IMG/VR virus record: IMGVR_UViG_3300044472_000055
Coordinates: 57,352-121,351 of that record
From: a virus
Strand: one strand, 5' to 3'
Length of the DNA: 64,000 nt
Notes under the pieces: model-generated
Database searches by the model: none
Seen by the model: only the letters and a program-made list of their open reading frames with translations
What the model was told of the DNA's origin: nothing
In this document: positions 48,732-58,635 of the stretch, in pieces
How positions within the stretch are numbered: the first letter of the stretch is position 1
How the letters are laid out: each line of letters opens with the position of its first letter
Position numbers and translations under genes: made by a program

Positions 48732-49663
48732 TTCACGAGCTTGTCTTCGCGAATAGCTTCGCGAATGACGGCAGGCAAACTCTCCAATGTGAAGAGCGTG
48801 TCGCCCTTGCGGCCGGTGCCGTGATCGGTGAGGCACACGCCTGCATCGATCACATGCATCGTCTCATCGACGACGCACTGCAAGCGCTCGTCATCGACGC
48901 GATAGGTCACCACGAATTCGCGACGCGTGGGACCCTGACGCCAATCGAGTAGCTCTGCACCGCCGACGGCAAGTGCCGCACGCGCCGCCGTCAGGAAGTC
49001 GATGCGTGCCATCTCACGACGGCCAGCGCCGGTACCAAGTTGCGTTGCGATCACCGCACGGCGCTCCTCTGCCGCACGGCGCTCCTCTTCTTCACGAAGC
49101 TTGCGTTCAAGCTCGGCGCGAATTCGTTCCGCTTCCGTGCGTTGATACGACTCTAGCCGGAATGCTGATTCGAGCGCGGGCGTCACGCCCTTGATGTGCG
49201 TGATCGATGGCGCCCGATCGTAGAAGGCCTGCAGCACATCGGGCTCGGGACCGAGAGGCGCGTCGAGATTCTTGAAGATGACCTGCCCCGCCGTCCAGAT
49301 GCGGCCGACAACGACCCGCGAGAACCGATCGATGGTGTCATCGATGAGGTACACGCGTTCGAGTGTCTTCGTGATCTCCGCAGGATCGATGCGGCCGTGG
49401 AGGGTATCGGGTGCGAAATGATCGCCGACGAGGTAGCCCGTCATGCACGTCTTCTCGACGAGCAAATCGTGATTGGGCGCGACCTCTTTCGGGTCCTCGA
49501 CATCGCGTGCGTTCAGCTTCCAGCTGTACCAGCCGTGTGCACGCGGCGCGCGCCCTTTGATGCGCAGCATGCGAGTTCGCGTGTGAACGTTGCGGCCGCC
49601 GAGCCACGGGGCCGTGATGCGCTCGTCGGCGGTTTGCAGAAGGTCTTGCCAGCCGGTCATCAT
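48713..49663 (-). CDS. Ubl-system-associated protein (candidate E2-like acceptor)
   Basis: central coiled coil; C-terminal VIDAGVCLTD...FTLESLPAVIREA with a motif-embedded Cys; context next to JAB. Confidence 0.5.
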   Translation of the reverse strand: MMTGWQDLLQTADERITAPWLGGRNVHTRTRMLRIKGRAPRAHGWYSWKLNARDVEDPKEVAPNHDLLVEKTCMTGYLVGDHFAPDTLHGRIDPAEITKTLERVYLIDDTIDRFSRVVVGRIWTAGQVIFKNLDAPLGPEPDVLQAFYDRAPSITHIKGVTPALESAFRLESYQRTEAERIRAELERKLREEEERRAAEERRAVIATQLGTGAGRREMARIDFLTAARAALAVGGAELLDWRQGPTRREFVVTYRVDDERLQCVVDETMHVIDAGVCLTDHGTGRKGDTLFTLESLPAVIREAIREDKLVKWRHPT

Positions 49664-49736
49664 GGCTCGTACTCCAGCGCAGAACTGCAGCGCTGGCATG
49701 TGACAGTTCTCGTCAACGTTCCTGGGGACAACACCT

Positions 49737-50363
49737 TCACAGCGGGTCCTCCAGGTTCGGCTCGGCCCACGGTATCGCCATAAGCTTGATGGCGCGCTCG
49801 ACGTCTGAATCGGTGAGTCCGTCGGTAGTGTCCGTGTGGATGTGACGATCGACGAGATGTGCCATATCGCAATCGTCGTCGATGATGATGAAGGCCGTAC
49901 ACGGCGGATTGTTTCGCCGGAGCCACGTGGCGATCTCGTGACCGCGCTGTGCCCACCGATTGCGTGCCCCGACATACGGTCGTGAGTAGCCTTCGCTATC
50001 GATGTAGCCGCCGAACTTTTTGGCGGCGTCGTCGAGCATGCCACGATCTTTGAACGCATCTGGCGTTGCGCCGATGATCTCGCCCTCGAAGCCATGCAGC
50101 GTGAGGATGCGATGAATCTCATCGAGCGCTAGCAGCTTGCGCCATGTCGAACTGATGACGAGCTTGGCATCGGTTGCCGCGATGATTCGATTCAGGCGTT
50201 CGACACACGCCGTGTCGATGTTGTGCTCGAACAGCAGATCTCGCATCGCAGGTTCTTCACCACGCGCTTTGGCCGCGAGGCGTCGACGTTCACGGTCGAG
50301 CGCGAATCGTTCGCTGTTGAGCACTCCATCGATGTCCTGAAAGATGACGTTCATCGTGGCCAC
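49737..50363 (-). CDS. HAD-superfamily phosphatase (HAD_SAK_2-like)
   Basis: FQDIDGVLNS, VISSTWR, RG.EI..WL, IIIDDD, GLT. Confidence 0.85.
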   Translation of the reverse strand: MATMNVIFQDIDGVLNSERFALDRERRRLAAKARGEEPAMRDLLFEHNIDTACVERLNRIIAATDAKLVISSTWRKLLALDEIHRILTLHGFEGEIIGATPDAFKDRGMLDDAAKKFGGYIDSEGYSRPYVGARNRWAQRGHEIATWLRRNNPPCTAFIIIDDDCDMAHLVDRHIHTDTTDGLTDSDVERAIKLMAIPWAEPNLEDPL

Positions 50364-50555
50364 CCCCTACACGGGACGCAGATGTCTTCGCGTCGTTCCT
50401 TGTTCAGCGTTTCGTCCGTGATCGTGCCGCAGAACATGCACAGCGTCGGATACCGCTTGCGTGGCCACACGTGCCATCGAACCCACAGCTTCAGGCGCCT
50501 CCATCGATTGCGTAGCGACACCTGATCGTTCTACGCGCTGGGGGTGACGTCGACG

Positions 50556-51817
50556 TCAGCGCCCAAGCTCGGCGAGGATCCTTCGCGTGTTCTCGACGAG
50601 CAGCTGGTGCCGTTGCTCGGCCCCAGCAAAGACTTCGCCCCACACGGCTTCGACGCAAGCCTCTAGCGTGGGGTAGCCCGCGCCCTCGCAGAGCGTGAAG
50701 CCGAGGCCTCGCGTCCAGATGTAGGCCCACCCCCGAACGGCTTCGTACACGTTGATCGTGTGCGTCGTGCCGTCGGGTGCCTTCCATTGACGAAAAAAAT
50801 CCGCGTCCGAGATTCTCGTCCAGCCCATCATGGTCAGACCTCGATGCCTGGGACGAGCCGACGCAGCTGATCGATCTCGTGCCGAATCTCTTGGCGACGT
50901 GTTTCGACGGCATGCTGCACGACGTGCGGTGGTTCGATCGACCACGACGGAGCCGTACGGTCGAAGCCCGCGAACGTGACCGCATGTCCCGACGGCGAGA
51001 TGAGCCAGATGCGCCCTTTCGCGTCGACGAATGCGGCCTTGATCGTTTCACCGACGACCGCTTCCATGATGTGCGTGTCGTTCTGTGCTGCGCCTGCGTA
51101 TGCTGCGAGAGTCATACTTTCTCCGGTCTCGGCCTACCGCACTTGCCGCATTCTGATGGACGCCCGATGAAGGAGCCGCCGCACTCGCAGCGATCGTAGT
51201 TGAGCCTCAGATGGCAATCACAGTCTTTGCTGTGATCGTTTGCCTTCGAGCAATTGCTCGCATGCATACCAGACGTATGAGCTGCAGCTTCTACAGCTTC
51301 CACGTTTGATAGCTGCAAACGATCGAGCCCTTGAGCCTGAGGCTGTGTAAGCGGGCTACGTTTGTAGAGTGCCCCGTGGGCTGCTGTCAGACCTTCGCGC
51401 ATCGGGCGGGACTGATTGTTGTGCTCCCATCCCGAGAAACGAAATTCGTATTCGTCGCTCTTGCCCCACCGCGCGAACATTTCGAGGATCAGTTGCTCTT
51501 CGAACGTCTCAGGCTCGAAACGAATGCCGATGCGATCGTCGGTTGCACGCTCGAACTTTGCCTTCACTGGATCACCTCGTGTAACAGATGCATTGAGGAT
51601 CGTCGTCACCGCATCGCGTGCAAAGCCCGGCCGCACCCCACTCTTTTGCACGCTGTTCTTTCGAGGCCACCTGCTCGTCTCGTGCGAGCTGCTGATCGAT
51701 CCACGTTAGCGCGGCCTCGATCGTATCGTCTTGCGGTTCAGCTGCCGTATCGACAGCTACACGTGCCAGTTTGCCGAGTTTTAGTAAACCGACGCGTGTC
51801 TCGAATGACATCGCCAT
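50556..51817 (-). other. small hypothetical CDSs (50556-50831, 50834-51115, 51112-51567, 51572-51817)
   Basis: abutting ORFs. Confidence 0.5.
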
Positions 51818-51820
51818 TGA

Positions 51821-53668
51821 TTACGCCCAGGCCGGCTTGGCGAGCAGATCGGTCTTGAGGATGAGATCGATCAACGTCACACGCGGCGTATGCATGGGCT
51901 GAGCGCGAACACCGACGGGCGCCGCCTGCATCAGCATACGAATCGTGCGCGGAATCGCGTACGGATCGTTGAACGTCTCGGGCTGGATCATGAAGCACGG
52001 AACACCGAGATTCGCCGCCGTCATGCGGACACACGAGCCACGGTCACCGAGCTTGAGCAATCCGAACGCGACAGGATTGATGCCGGATCCGCGTACCGTC
52101 GAATCGAACGGCACGTCTTCCTCGTCGCCGACGACGATCATCACCGCATCTTCGTCGGCAGCGGGCTTGTACTTCGAGAGCACACGAACGCCCTCTTTGT
52201 GATCAGTGCCGCCGCTTGCGCGAACGCCCTTGAACGCGTTGACCACGCCAGCCGCAGACGGGTGCGGAAGCTTGATCTCCGTGCCGACGGTGTTGAACGT
52301 GGCGATGTGAATGCGATCCGCAGGGAAGCCCTGGAGGAACTTCGAGATGCATTCGATTGCGCTCTCGATCGCACCCGTCATCGAAGAAGAGCGATCCACC
52401 AAGAAGTAGACACGCATGTTGCGCGTCGCCTTCTCGACTTCCTTCTGCAGCACCTTGTCCGCTGCCTCTTCGAGCTTGTCGGCGATCTCCTGGCTGCGGA
52501 CGTTACGCGCGATGTTCGCCGCACGCATATCGTCGGCCTGCTTCATCGCAGTTTCCCAGTGTGCGCGCACGAACGGAACATCGAGCAGGCCCAGCTCTTC
52601 GAGCGTCGGTGTCATGTTGACGATGTCCTTCGAGCTGAGGCACTTCATCTGAATGGCGCACGTGACCACCGCACGCGTCACGCCGACCTCGGGGGGCAGC
52701 AGTGCGACAATGCGCTTCCAGTCAGGCTTCTGCGTCGAGATCGCGAGGCAGACCTCGTGCTCGTTCTTGCCCGCCCACGATTCGGCAGCGGTGACCGCTT
52801 CACCGATAGCAATGCTACGGCGACCGTCCTTCGCCTGCGCCTGCTTCCAACGCAACGCCTTGAAGAAGTACGGCGTCGTCGGCTTGTAGCCCACGTGACG
52901 TGCGAGATCCATGACCGTACCGCGCCAGCCGTCCTTCACGAGGCCGTCGAGCAGCTTCGGGTTCTCTTCACGGTGGCGCAACCACTTCTCGACAACCTTC
53001 GGCCAGCGACCAAGGGGCGCCTTGCGTGTGCTGTTGCCAAAACCCAGCTGATGGTTGATTGCCACGACCTCGGGCAGCGTGAGCACGTCGTGAATGCGCA
53101 TGAGCATCTTCGGTGCGAAGTGCTTCTTGTCCTTGCGCATGAGCAGCATCATGGCCTCGCCGATGTCGCGATAGTCAGCATCGAAGAAGGCGACCTTGCC
53201 CGCATCGAACACAGGATCGCCCTTGCGCGCCTGCACGAGCATGAATGCCGCGAGCAGCACCTTCAGATCCTTGTGCTCTTGCACGAACGCGTAGCTCGCC
53301 CACTTCGCTGCAAACTCGTTGTCGAGGCGGTAGACCTCGGCGATCTGCTTGTAGAACCACGCCGCGACCTCGGGGAAGATACCCGGCTGACGATACGTTC
53401 CAACGAGCTTGGCGCCATCCATGATGGCTCCGTTGCCCATCAGAATGCCAACCTTCGTGCGCACGTCCTTCTTGCCGCGCTTCTCCAGCTTGTAAACAAC
53501 GCGCTCGTTGTTTTCTTCCTTGTACGTCGCAGCCGTCCACTTCACGCCAGTGGGCGATCCGTCGACTTCGACAATGCCAGGACGACCGTGGAACAGGTGA
53601 TCCTGATACGTGAGAAGCGTGTTGATGATGTGCTCGGCAGGGCCGAGGTTTTCGCGTGCGTTGACCAT
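51821..53668 (-). CDS. TROVE/Ro60-like helical domain + C-terminal vWA domain protein
   Basis: long helical basic N-terminal region; C-terminal FLVDRSSSM, GGTD, VVGDEE MIDAS motifs. Confidence 0.65.
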   Translation of the reverse strand: MVNARENLGPAEHIINTLLTYQDHLFHGRPGIVEVDGSPTGVKWTAATYKEENNERVVYKLEKRGKKDVRTKVGILMGNGAIMDGAKLVGTYRQPGIFPEVAAWFYKQIAEVYRLDNEFAAKWASYAFVQEHKDLKVLLAAFMLVQARKGDPVFDAGKVAFFDADYRDIGEAMMLLMRKDKKHFAPKMLMRIHDVLTLPEVVAINHQLGFGNSTRKAPLGRWPKVVEKWLRHREENPKLLDGLVKDGWRGTVMDLARHVGYKPTTPYFFKALRWKQAQAKDGRRSIAIGEAVTAAESWAGKNEHEVCLAISTQKPDWKRIVALLPPEVGVTRAVVTCAIQMKCLSSKDIVNMTPTLEELGLLDVPFVRAHWETAMKQADDMRAANIARNVRSQEIADKLEEAADKVLQKEVEKATRNMRVYFLVDRSSSMTGAIESAIECISKFLQGFPADRIHIATFNTVGTEIKLPHPSAAGVVNAFKGVRASGGTDHKEGVRVLSKYKPAADEDAVMIVVGDEEDVPFDSTVRGSGINPVAFGLLKLGDRGSCVRMTAANLGVPCFMIQPETFNDPYAIPRTIRMLMQAAPVGVRAQPMHTPRVTLIDLILKTDLLAKPAWA

Positions 53669-53735
53669 GGTGACGTTGTCCTTCTGGGCCGACCCCGTAG
53701 GCATCGGCGCAGTTGATGAATCGTGCGGGAGAGAA

Positions 53736-53954
53736 CTAGGTCGGCTTGCCGGCAGTCTTACTGAGCGCCTTGAGGCCCTCTTCGATGATGGCTCCGAGCG
53801 TCGGGACATCCGTGCGATCGATGCCAAACGCTCCATGCCAGCCCTCGACTGCGGCTTGCTGCAAGAGCTGATGGGCCTGGTTGTAGGCTTTCATCGGGAC
53901 CTTGACGGTCGTGTGATCGCCCTGCGCGCGGGCCTTCTTCGGCTGTTTCGGCAT
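53736..53954 (-). CDS. small RHH-like DNA-binding protein
   Basis: HTTVKVPMKAYNQA...TLGAIIEEGL. Confidence 0.5.
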   Translation of the reverse strand: MPKQPKKARAQGDHTTVKVPMKAYNQAHQLLQQAAVEGWHGAFGIDRTDVPTLGAIIEEGLKALSKTAGKPT

Positions 53955-54001
53955 GATGGTTCCTGGGTGCCATACTGTGGCAGTTAGTGTCAAACGAAAG
54001 G

Positions 54002-54596
54002 TTAGCCGCTGTTTGGGCCCGTCGCAATCACGACGAGATCCGAGCCTACGACGCTGAAATTCACGATGTGCACGCCGCGAGATAGCAGCTCGTTGAGCGC
54101 AGTCACGACGTGCGATGCGATCGGCGTTGGCAACGGAATCGATATCGCGTGTCGAGGTTCGCGTTCGCTCAGCCGTGTCGAGATGCGTGTGAGCCACACG
54201 CGTAATGCACGCACAGCTCCGCGTGTTCGTGCAGACCAGTTCGCATCCACGCGTTGGTTGCGAGCGTCGTCGAGTTGACCCTCGATGTGCGCCAGCGCGG
54301 TCACGATAGCCGTGCGCAACTGTCGGACCTCTTCAACGGTGCCCTCACGCAAGATGCGTTCGCCATCTCCGCGCGTGTACTGCCCGACAAGCGGCAACGC
54401 ATCGTCTGAACGGTCAGGCATCGTTCGATTGCGATGACGTCTTGTAGAAGACAGTCGTGAACGACAACGTCAGAAACTCTTCTGCGCGATCGGCTTCCGG
54501 TGTCCACCCTGGTGGCGGCTCTCGATGTGCCGGCGTCGTGATGAGTCGGCCGCACCGTTTTGGATCGAAACGTGGTCGAACGACATGCCGTTGCAT
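54002..54596 (-). other. two hypothetical CDSs (54002-54421, 54414-54596)
   Basis: promoter motif at 54605-54625 upstream. Confidence 0.5.
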
Positions 54597-54632
54597 TGGC
54601 ACGTGTTCTAGCCGCTGGGGCTGTCTTTGCTG

Positions 54633-55418
54633 CTAAGTGCTACGACGGCGCCGGCTTTCGCCGACTGCGACCGCGCCCAACGTGGCGATCACGAGCCCCG
54701 TCACGAGGGCCCCCTTGTGCAACGTCGGCAACGACCGAAACGCAGCAGCCCATGCGCTCGGCGAGTACCACGCGACTCGCGCGGACGGCACGGCGTTCGT
54801 CTTGACCTGCGTACCGGCACTCGGAGGCGGAGCGGACGACGTCGGTGCCGGCGCCGAGTAGCTCGACGTGTATTGCGGCGTGTATGGCTCCCACGGCAGC
54901 TCGCGTGTACCACCGTCGTCGGTGTTGGTCGGCGTTGAGGTCTGGGCGGGCGCGGATGGCGGAGGCGGGCTCGGCTCCGTGTAGCTCGGTTCCGGCACGT
55001 ACGTCTGGACGTTGAAGTACGTGGGGCTCGGCTCTGGCGCGACCGTCACCTGCGTACCGGCGCTCGGAGGCGGAGCCTCTTCGTACTTCCCCTCACGCGG
55101 CTGAAACACCGGCTCGGTGGGGGCGACATACGATTTCACTGGCTCGGTGTACACGAACGTCGACGTGGGCTCCGGCGTGGGTTCGACATACGTCGTCCTC
55201 GGGCGCTCGTAGGTCGAGCTGGTGCTCTTCGTTGCCGTGTAGATGTCCGTGTAGGCCGGCTCGGTCGGGGCCGGAGCCGTGTACACAGGCGCAGGCGCGG
55301 ATGCCGCGTCGATCTCTGCACGCGTTGCCGTCCTGGTCCTAGTCGTCGTTGTATCCGCAGACGTTGTCGTGCGTGCGTACGGATCGCGGGTCAGGCCGAG
55401 GCCTCGCAGGAAGAGCAT
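54633..55418 (-). CDS. Pro/Thr/Tyr-rich protein with C-terminal TM anchor and poly-Arg tail
   Basis: starts MLFLRGLGL; repeated APPPSAGTQV; ends ALVTGLVIATLGAVAVGESRRRRST. Confidence 0.7.
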   Translation of the reverse strand: MLFLRGLGLTRDPYARTTTSADTTTTRTRTATRAEIDAASAPAPVYTAPAPTEPAYTDIYTATKSTSSTYERPRTTYVEPTPEPTSTFVYTEPVKSYVAPTEPVFQPREGKYEEAPPPSAGTQVTVAPEPSPTYFNVQTYVPEPSYTEPSPPPPSAPAQTSTPTNTDDGGTRELPWEPYTPQYTSSYSAPAPTSSAPPPSAGTQVKTNAVPSARVAWYSPSAWAAAFRSLPTLHKGALVTGLVIATLGAVAVGESRRRRST

Positions 55419-55436
55419 TCCTGTAGGCTATCAGAT

Positions 55437-55679
55437 TCAATTGAGATCTTCGGCCTTCTTCTCGCCGAACGTGTCTTCCCAGTTCTTGTCGAAGGTTGGG
55501 CTAGGAAACCAGCCAACGGTAGTCCCTCGGGAATCGTTGACGCGCACGCCGCCGTTCGAGCGGTGGATCGTGACGTCTTCGACGGAAGAGTCGGTGACCA
55601 CGGGCTCGCCGCGATCGTCTGCCTCGACATGCATCTTGATGAGCTTGCCGGGCTCAGAAGTTTCGTCGTTTTTGCTCAT
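55437..55679 (-). CDS. hypothetical protein
   Basis: RBS supplied by the tract 3 tail. Confidence 0.6.
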   Translation of the reverse strand: MSKNDETSEPGKLIKMHVEADDRGEPVVTDSSVEDVTIHRSNGGVRVNDSRGTTVGWFPSPTFDKNWEDTFGEKKAEDLN

Positions 55680-55682
55680 GAG

Positions 55683-55762
55683 GAATCCTTGGAGAGCTTT
55701 GCGCTGGAGAGCTTTGCGCTACAAGGCATAGCCACGCGTCGCACTGCTCCGCACCGCCGCGT
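55683..55762 (-). repeat. pentamer tract 3: 13 units + CCAAGGATTC
   Basis: RC every 5 nt 55696-55756 (one GG); internal 15-nt duplication. Confidence 0.8.
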
Positions 55763-55765
55763 GAA

Positions 55766-57509
55766 CTAAACGATGTTCCTTCGCTTCGCGTGCTGCAGCT
55801 TGATGATCGTCTTGCTCAGCACGTCCGTGTAGACCTTCTGCACGATCTTGTTGATCGTGTAGCGAAGGTCGATCACGCGCCCTGCAAGCTCTTCGGCGCC
55901 CGGCAACGTCGGCGCTGAGCGCTTCGGTTTGGCGGCAACGAGCGCGGTGTCGATCTGCGCCATCGTTGTTTTGGTAATGCGATCGCGTTGTGCATTCGTC
56001 AGCTTCTCGACGGGCTTCTTCTTTTTCTCGACGACGCGTTTCGTAGGCGTCGTCTTCTTGCGCTTCGGCATGTCAGGGCTCCCAGGTGACAGGTTCAGGT
56101 GCGTCGGGTTCGACGATGCGAGCCGTATCACGATCGTCGTCGATCGGCACGGTCTTGAGGGTGTTGTCGGGAAGGCGCAGCAGAAACGCATGCGTGCGCC
56201 CCCAAGGTACGAGGGTCATTACGACCCCACGCACGACTTCACGTGCGAGGACTTCGTTGTCCATGTTGATCGTGACCGCACGATCGATCTCAACGGTCTG
56301 CCCGACGAGCGTCTCTGGTGCGTTGAGGGCATCGCGAATGCGGCGTGCGACGTTGAGGGACTTCGTCCGAGCAAGCGTGATGTTGCCTTGTTTGATGTTC
56401 ACGTAGCCCTGCTCGGGATCGGGCTGCACCCAGACGCGTTCAGTCGTCTTTGTTTCAGTCATCCTCGTTCTTTTTCCTTCCCGTGAGGACCCATCGCACG
56501 AAGGCTTCGATCTCACGTTGAACAGCAAGGGCGGTGTCGTACGCTGCGCTGATCTCGACAGGAGTTGCGTCGTTGTCGGCAGTCGCGTCGGCAATCACCT
56601 TGTCGGTGTACTCACGCACAGCCTGACGATCGAGGCGCCCGTGCACCTGCTCGACGAAGATGGGCTCACCATCTTGGGAGGGCATGCCGCTCTCCTTGTA
56701 GAGCTTGAGCAGCGCGCGATCTACGTTGCGGTCTTTGACAAGCATCTCGATATCGCGCTCGCGGGCCTCGGTGTTCATGCGATGTGCGTCGATTTGCTTG
56801 AGCAGGCACTCGCGCGGACAAGCCGCATTCCTGATCGCGCAGTAGCCGTCCTTGCCATGCCCGCTCTCGATGCGGGCCATCATCGTGCATCCGCGAGATG
56901 CATTGTTGTCGGGTGTGTTCTTCGCTTCGGCTTGAAGCGTTCTGATGACGTGATCGCGATCGTTGATCGCAACGCGCAGCTCGTGGATGGTCTTGGCGAT
57001 CAACACGACGCGTGTCGTGCCGCGAAATGCGTTGTCGAGCTTGCCGCCGTACGCAATCACATAAGCAAGTTGCTTGAGCGACGCCGCGTCCTCGAAGGCG
57101 GGCGTCGTGTCATCGATCGGTGGGGCCGGTGGGGCCGGGCTCTCGTTTTGGCTAGGCATTAGTACCACTCCTTCCAAGAAGACTCTGCGATTTCGTAACA
57201 AGGCACGCAGATGAAGAACTTGATGCCTGCCGCCGTCGCCAACGTGCGTGGCCCCCGACATCGCGGGCATTCGTAGAAGATCGGCTTCCACGTCTTCGGT
57301 GGACGTGGCGTGTTGTCATGCCGACCTTGATGGCAGCCGTAGCTCTCGACGAGGATGTGCCGCTCTTCGTAGTCGATGTCGTCCTGCGATCGGAGGCAAA
57401 ACCGGCAGCGGTTCAGTTCTTCTGGCGGCGCACCGCCGACGATCACTTCGTGCCCGTTGCAGTCACAGCAACAACACAAAGGACGTCCGGTGTGGGTCGG
57501 GTCTGGCAT
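55766..57509 (-). other. hypothetical CDSs (55766-56071, 56073-56462, 56455-57159, 57159-57509 Cys-rich)
   Basis: abutting ORFs. Confidence 0.55.
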
Positions 57510-57513
57510 AGAA

Positions 57514-57630
57514 GAATCCTTGGAGTGGCGTGCAGCTCATTGCGATGCCGTGCCCAGCTACGCATCGCATAGCGTGGCTTTGCCTCGCATAGCAAAGCTA
57601 TGCGCAGCCCAGCATCACGTTGCATTGCGA
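57514..57630 (-). repeat. pentamer tract 4: ~20 units + CCAAGGATTC
   Basis: 18 consecutive RC at 5-nt spacing 57542-57627. Confidence 0.88.
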
Positions 57631-57637
57631 AGAAGCG

Positions 57638-58624
57638 TTACGGCAGCAAACGATGAACAAGATCGACGAGCCATGCGGGCGTCGAGTTGCGTGCTTCGCG
57701 ACCCGCGACACCAAGGTCGAGGTAGCCCGCCATCTCTCCGAGCTTCACGCCGCTCGAATCGATCGCAGCGCCCGCGAGGCTGTGTCCGGTGATGGACGCA
57801 ATCTGCACGGCAGAGAGCCCAGCGTGCTCACGTGACGTGATGAACGTGTGGCGTACGAGGTGTGGATGCAGATGTCCGAGCCCCGCAGCGCTCGCACGTT
57901 GATCGAACGTCTTGTTGATCATCGGCATCGAGATGGCGCCCGTGCCCGGATGCCACTCGGTAGCGCCACGCTTGCCGATGCGCTTGTGCAATCGAGCGAG
58001 CATGTGCTGCCCACGATACTTGTGCTGGCGCAACCACGCCTCCCACGTGCCGATAGCGTGCATCGCTGTATCTGAGAGTGGAACGTCGAATTCGACGTTG
58101 CCGCCGACACCTTTGATCGGCACCTTCACGACCGGGTAGCCGTAGCGAGCGTGCGGCTTGATGCGATCGAACTGCAACCCGACGAGTGATTTGCGGCGCA
58201 TGCCGGTCTCGAATCCGACGACAAGCATGACGAAGTCTCGGTGATCGACGGGCGTTGTCGGTGGCTCCATACAAGAGATCAACAGCTGCTCGATCTCGTG
58301 CTGCGAGAGTGCGAAGCGCTTCTTGTCGGCGTGATCGTCGGCGCGCTGCTGTACGATCGCGAAGTCGGCTTCGGGGCGCCCTTCACGAATGGCGTACCAC
58401 TTCGAGACGTAGCGCAGGCTGCTGATGTACCCGTTGACGGTACGGACCGAGGCACCGCTTTGGAGCAACCAGTCGTAGAATTCTTGCGCCCGCACACGCG
58501 TCCAGTTCTTCGGGTTCTCGCCTGCGAACGCGATCCAGCGATCGATGATGTTCGCGTAGTTCTCTTGCGTGACCGGCGAAAAGCCGGACCGATCGAGGAT
58601 GCTATGCAGCTGACTCTTAGCCAT
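57638..58624 (-). CDS. tyrosine recombinase/integrase (XerC/D-like)
   Basis: S..T...Y, TVNGYISSLR, ETGMRR, K, HPHLVRHTF, ITGH, MAGY. Confidence 0.9.
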   Translation of the reverse strand: MAKSQLHSILDRSGFSPVTQENYANIIDRWIAFAGENPKNWTRVRAQEFYDWLLQSGASVRTVNGYISSLRYVSKWYAIREGRPEADFAIVQQRADDHADKKRFALSQHEIEQLLISCMEPPTTPVDHRDFVMLVVGFETGMRRKSLVGLQFDRIKPHARYGYPVVKVPIKGVGGNVEFDVPLSDTAMHAIGTWEAWLRQHKYRGQHMLARLHKRIGKRGATEWHPGTGAISMPMINKTFDQRASAAGLGHLHPHLVRHTFITSREHAGLSAVQIASITGHSLAGAAIDSSGVKLGEMAGYLDLGVAGREARNSTPAWLVDLVHRLLP

Positions 58625-58635
58625 ACGGGTCGAGT

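Noticed and set aside
51890-53716. 608-aa plus-strand ORF and other long antisense ORFs (24230-25237, 15384-16352, 1870-2829)
   Set aside because: Shadow frames of motif-bearing genes on the opposite strand, expected in high-GC DNA.
54803-55078. ~30-bp direct repeat (54803 and 55049) and the 15-nt tandem near 63856
   Set aside because: In-frame coding repeats (APPPSAGTQV; DLPDK), not regulatory.
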